A stretch of DNA of 64,000 nucleotides from Spirochaetaceae bacterium. Its GTDB lineage: Bacteria > Spirochaetota > Spirochaetia > DSM-2461. Each line of letters begins with the position of its first letter. Positions within the stretch are counted from its first letter, which is position 1. Under the pieces are notes generated by a model, which was given only the letters and a program-made list of their open reading frames with translations, was not told the DNA's origin and made no database searches. The stretch lies in contig JAOPTT010000012.1 of assembly GCA_051531975.1 (NCBI GenBank), positions 32,001 to 96,000 on the forward strand, in the 5' to 3' direction. This document shows, in pieces, positions 60,555 to 64,000 of the stretch. The position numbers and the translations under genes were made by a program.

Positions 60555-61578
60555 TGATTCTGCAATAGTAAGGGATGTTTTAACCGATGCTCTAAATGGC
60601 GAAAGTGATATTGAGGTGTTAGGTACTGCACCTAACCCTTTTATCGCTCGGGATAAGATAGTCCGGCTAAAACCAGATGTTCTAACTCTAGATATTGAGA
60701 TGCCAAAAATGGATGGTTTAACATTTCTTAAGAAATTAATGGAGTACTATCCTATACCAACAATAATTGTAAGTTCTGTAACTACTCAGGATAATAGTGC
60801 TGCTATTACAGCACTTGAGATAGGAGCATTTGATGTGGTTAATAAACCAGGTACTGCAATATCTATAGAGGATGTAAAACAAGAAGTTGTAACAAAAGTT
60901 AGACAAGCGTATAAGGTTAAAGATACATATTGTTCTAGGAGAAAAATAGCTAATATTGCGATAAAACAACCTTCAACCGTTAAATCACAACTAATAAATG
61001 TAAAAACTACAGATCAATACATTGCTATAGGATCTTCGACTGGAGGGACAATAGCAGTAGAGTATCTATTAAAATCTTTACCTGCTAATTTACCTCCAAT
61101 TTTTATTGTTCAGCACATGCCTGAAAACTATACATTAGCATTTGCTAATAGATTAAATAATTTAAGCGATCTTAATGTTAAAGAGGCTGAAAATGGAGAA
61201 ATGGTTCAAAGAGGTTCTGTATATATCGCCCGAGGAGGTAGTCATCTAAAAGTTAAACGTAGAGGTGCACAACTCTATATCGTATTGGAAAAAAGTGAGA
61301 GGGTTCAGTATCAAATGCCTGCAGTAGATGTTCTCTTTGAAAGTTTATCTGAAGTTGTCGGTCAAAATGTTTTAGCTATATTGTTAACAGGTATGGGTAA
61401 AGATGGAGCAGATGGTATGTTAAAACTTAAGAATGTTGGAGCTCATACAATTGCTCAAGATGAAGCTAGTTCTATTGTATGGGGAATGCCAAAGGCTGCT
61501 ATAGATATAAATGCTCATAAAGAGATAATTTCTCTAAATAACATACCTAAATCTATAGTCCAACATGTTTCAGTTTAG
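60532..61578 (+). CDS. cheB: CheB methylesterase response regulator
   Basis: Receiver DIEMP; catalytic motifs GSSTGG, QHMP and TGMGKDG. Confidence 0.96.
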   Translation: MIKVLIVDDSAIVRDVLTDALNGESDIEVLGTAPNPFIARDKIVRLKPDVLTLDIEMPKMDGLTFLKKLMEYYPIPTIIVSSVTTQDNSAAITALEIGAFDVVNKPGTAISIEDVKQEVVTKVRQAYKVKDTYCSRRKIANIAIKQPSTVKSQLINVKTTDQYIAIGSSTGGTIAVEYLLKSLPANLPPIFIVQHMPENYTLAFANRLNNLSDLNVKEAENGEMVQRGSVYIARGGSHLKVKRRGAQLYIVLEKSERVQYQMPAVDVLFESLSEVVGQNVLAILLTGMGKDGADGMLKLKNVGAHTIAQDEASSIVWGMPKAAIDINAHKEIISLNNIPKSIVQHVSV

Positions 61579-62374
61579 TATGAACATATATACTATTAGA
61601 GACATGTTTAAATGGTACTTTAAGACCAGTTAACGACTCAGATAAACTTACAATTAAGTATCCATCAGGATGCAGATAATCTGCAATATTATTGATAATT
61701 TTCTCTTTCTCCTCAGCTTTAAAATAAATGAGAACATTTCTTAAAAAAATAACATGAAACTGTTTTGAAAATGGTAAATATTTCATTAAGTTTAATGTAG
61801 AAAATTGCACGTCATTTTTGATTTGTGGTTTGACATCAAAAGATGTTTCAGTTTGGGTAAAGTATTTTTTAATGGCATTAGGATGTACATGATTAATAAC
61901 CTCATCTGGAACATACCGACCTATTTTTGCATACTCAATCTTATTAGTTGCAATGTCTGAACCTAATATCTTGTATTTTTTTTGTGTACCGGTACTTGCT
62001 GACCTTAAAGCAATAGCCATAGAGTAGGCTTCTTGGCCAGAAGAAGCGGCAGCACTCCAAAATCTAAGCTCTTTAATATCTTGAAATTTATTTCTAAATA
62101 TGTGCTGTAAAAATTTAAAATGAACAGATTCCCTAAAAAAGTAAGTGTAATTTGTAGTTAATAAATCTACATAATCAGTTCTTAATGTAGTGTTCTTTTT
62201 ATCTTCTAAAGCGACTATTAAGTCATTATAATTATTAAACGTAGAATTAATACCAACAAAAAATGTTAGACGATTAATAAACAAATATATTTTTTCAACT
62301 CCATATTTAATCCCAGTCAGTTCTTGGAATATAGTAGTTAGACGTTTTAGTTGAACTGTTGATAATTCACTCAT
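61553..62374 (-). CDS. cheR: CheR methyltransferase
   Basis: Motifs TTNYTYFFRE, WSAAASSGQEAYS, GSDI and FLRNVLIYF. Confidence 0.95.
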   Translation of the reverse strand: MSELSTVQLKRLTTIFQELTGIKYGVEKIYLFINRLTFFVGINSTFNNYNDLIVALEDKKNTTLRTDYVDLLTTNYTYFFRESVHFKFLQHIFRNKFQDIKELRFWSAAASSGQEAYSMAIALRSASTGTQKKYKILGSDIATNKIEYAKIGRYVPDEVINHVHPNAIKKYFTQTETSFDVKPQIKNDVQFSTLNLMKYLPFSKQFHVIFLRNVLIYFKAEEKEKIINNIADYLHPDGYLIVSLSESLTGLKVPFKHVSNSIYVHTKLKHVGL

Positions 62375-63645
62375 TAGAAAAGAAATGATCCTTCATCAAT
62401 TGAATTAAAGTTCTCTTTGGATTTTTCTTTATACTTTATATCCCACTTTTCCCCAAATACCTCTAACTGGGAATCTTCATTACCTGTTGTCGTTATTTTT
62501 TGAAGAAATTCTAATATTTCCTTTTTAATACTATCTTTTTCAATATCATCTAATGGTTTTCCTACATTACCTGAATCAGTTAGTTGTACTTCGATATATT
62601 TTAAGAAATCAACAATATGGCCAGCTTCTTGGCTTGTTACATCTTGATATTGTAAATTACCTAGTGACTGTTTTAGGTTATTATTCAGATGACCGGAAAC
62701 ATCGTGTAAGTTATTTATAACGCCTCTTAAAGATACTGTGGATTTATCAAGTATTCCTTCAAATGGTTTAATTTTTTTATACATATTATTAACACTCAAT
62801 GTAACGTCGGATAATTTATGAGTTAATTCCTGTTTTAAAGCTTCTATCGTATTTAATGTATGCTGTATTTTCTCATTTGTTGATTTGGCAAATAGAGTTG
62901 TCTTATCAGCAAACTTTGTAATGTCACTACCTAAAACTTTAAAACCACCACTATCTTTTATTCTAGCAGCTTCAATTCTTACATTTATAGAAATAACTTT
63001 AACCTGTTCTGCTAGATCCTCGATATCTTTTGTTGTTTTACTTATTGTATTAAAACTTTCCATAGAAACATTAACAAAATTTTCTGTTAATTTACTCATG
63101 CTTTCTAATGTAGGAATAAAGTTACTAAAATCCTTATTAATTTCTTTAGAAGAATTAAGTATATATCCTAAATTATCGGAACCATTAGAATCAAAAACCG
63201 ATTCCATTGATTTTTCAGAATCAAATATTACATGTTCATTTTCTTTCCAAATTTCTTCAAACTGGTCAAATACTTTTTTTAGTGTTTCTTCTTCAAATGT
63301 TTGTGTGCTTTTTGAAAGTGCTTCAATTATAGGTATACTAGATTGAAGGTAAAAAAACTTTTTAGATAATGATCTTATATGATCATTACATGATATGATT
63401 TTATCCTCATATTTTTTATTTGTATCATCGGCTGTTTTAATTTCTTCAGTTGTATCAATTTTTATTTGTGGTGTTTCGACATTATCTGTTGAAATAGTAG
63501 TTTTTTTTGCCGCAAAAATATTATATATTATTAAAAAAATTAGAAATAATGAGTTTATATAAGGTAATAATTCTTTTAAACCTATTATAAAGATAGAAAT
63601 TATGTTAATTATCAAAACTATTGTTATTATTAAATATTTTTTCAT
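62374..63645 (-). CDS. Atypical membrane MCP-like protein with a QYQDxxxQ motif
   Basis: Two adjacent TMs; degenerate signalling tip LAEQVKVISINVRIEAAR...GFKVL; LQYQDVTSQ. Confidence 0.75.
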   Translation of the reverse strand: MKKYLIITIVLIINIISIFIIGLKELLPYINSLFLIFLIIYNIFAAKKTTISTDNVETPQIKIDTTEEIKTADDTNKKYEDKIISCNDHIRSLSKKFFYLQSSIPIIEALSKSTQTFEEETLKKVFDQFEEIWKENEHVIFDSEKSMESVFDSNGSDNLGYILNSSKEINKDFSNFIPTLESMSKLTENFVNVSMESFNTISKTTKDIEDLAEQVKVISINVRIEAARIKDSGGFKVLGSDITKFADKTTLFAKSTNEKIQHTLNTIEALKQELTHKLSDVTLSVNNMYKKIKPFEGILDKSTVSLRGVINNLHDVSGHLNNNLKQSLGNLQYQDVTSQEAGHIVDFLKYIEVQLTDSGNVGKPLDDIEKDSIKKEILEFLQKITTTGNEDSQLEVFGEKWDIKYKEKSKENFNSIDEGSFLF

Positions 63646-63687
63646 ACTTAATTATAATCAGATTTAGTTTATATAACAAGCATTGTA

Positions 63688-64000
63688 TTAAATATTTATA
63701 TACAAACCTTCAGTCTTTATTTTATCTACAAAATTATTAAATTTATCGGATGTTTCTAGATTAAAATATTCTAAAACTGAGCTACACATAGAACTATATT
63801 TACTCTCTCCGTCTAAATATAGAGTTATTTCATTACCTAAATAGACACAGAATGTTATGATTCTATACTGTTCTGGAACTTCTAGAGGTCTATGGTGATA
63901 AAGAATTGCATTAACATACTTGCTTGGGAAATCCCATTTTTGGGTCAGTTTAGAACCAATAATAGAATGATTCAAACCTTCAACTAAATTATCTAATACA
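63688..64000 (-). CDS. HDOD-domain protein, C-terminal part (5' end outside the window)
   Basis: GLNHSIIGSKLTQKWDFP...AILYHHRP; the frame is open to the window edge. Confidence 0.8.
   Translation of the reverse strand, partial: VLDNLVEGLNHSIIGSKLTQKWDFPSKYVNAILYHHRPLEVPEQYRIITFCVYLGNEITLYLDGESKYSSMCSSVLEYFNLETSDKFNNFVDKIKTEGLYINI

Noticed and set aside
1341..63346. Short ORFs in the track overlapping long genes (e.g. 1341-1652, 2728-3105, 12936-13253, 27326-27784, 33206-33613, 54140-54568, 62885-63346)
   Set aside because: They are antisense or off-frame shadows of well-supported genes, with no recognisable motifs.
1..64000. Mobile elements, prophage, defence systems, tRNA/rRNA, known riboswitches
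   Set aside because: No transposase, integrase, phage or defence motifs were recognised, and intergenic regions are short and AT-rich. An Rfam/tRNAscan run would be needed to exclude small RNAs formally.

Overview
AT-rich bacterial chromosomal segment (roughly 30% GC by eye, standard code 11), probably from a free-living spirochaete. That assignment is an inference from the lipoboxes, the 'A-G-x-K-E' signal-peptide tails, and the FecR/PEGA and CHASE2-cyclase genes. No rRNA, tRNA, CRISPR array, transposase or integrase was recognised. In order, the window holds: the end of a sugar-kinase/deoC operon; a convergent cluster of five uncharacterised secreted paralogues (two of family A, three of family B) next to a CHASE2 adenylate cyclase and a FecR lipoprotein; three TetR operons with visible operators; an HD-GYP/GGDEF pair; pyrF; a decayed SiaA-like remnant with an orphan siaC; a LacI regulator and beta-galactosidase; three hybrid histidine kinases; flavodoxin; an aminopeptidase; two DUF1266-like ankyrin lipoproteins; asnB; a GNAT acetyltransferase with a putative attenuator leader; an FHA/phosphoesterase/Ser-Thr kinase operon; and an accessory chemotaxis cluster. 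The best candidates for novelty are the A/B secreted-receptor array beside the cyclase, the MshEN-like insert in CheA, the GNAT leader, the apparent ATT start of the phosphoesterase, and the MCP-like protein with a CheZ-type motif. All family assignments come from motif recognition by eye; no searches were run.
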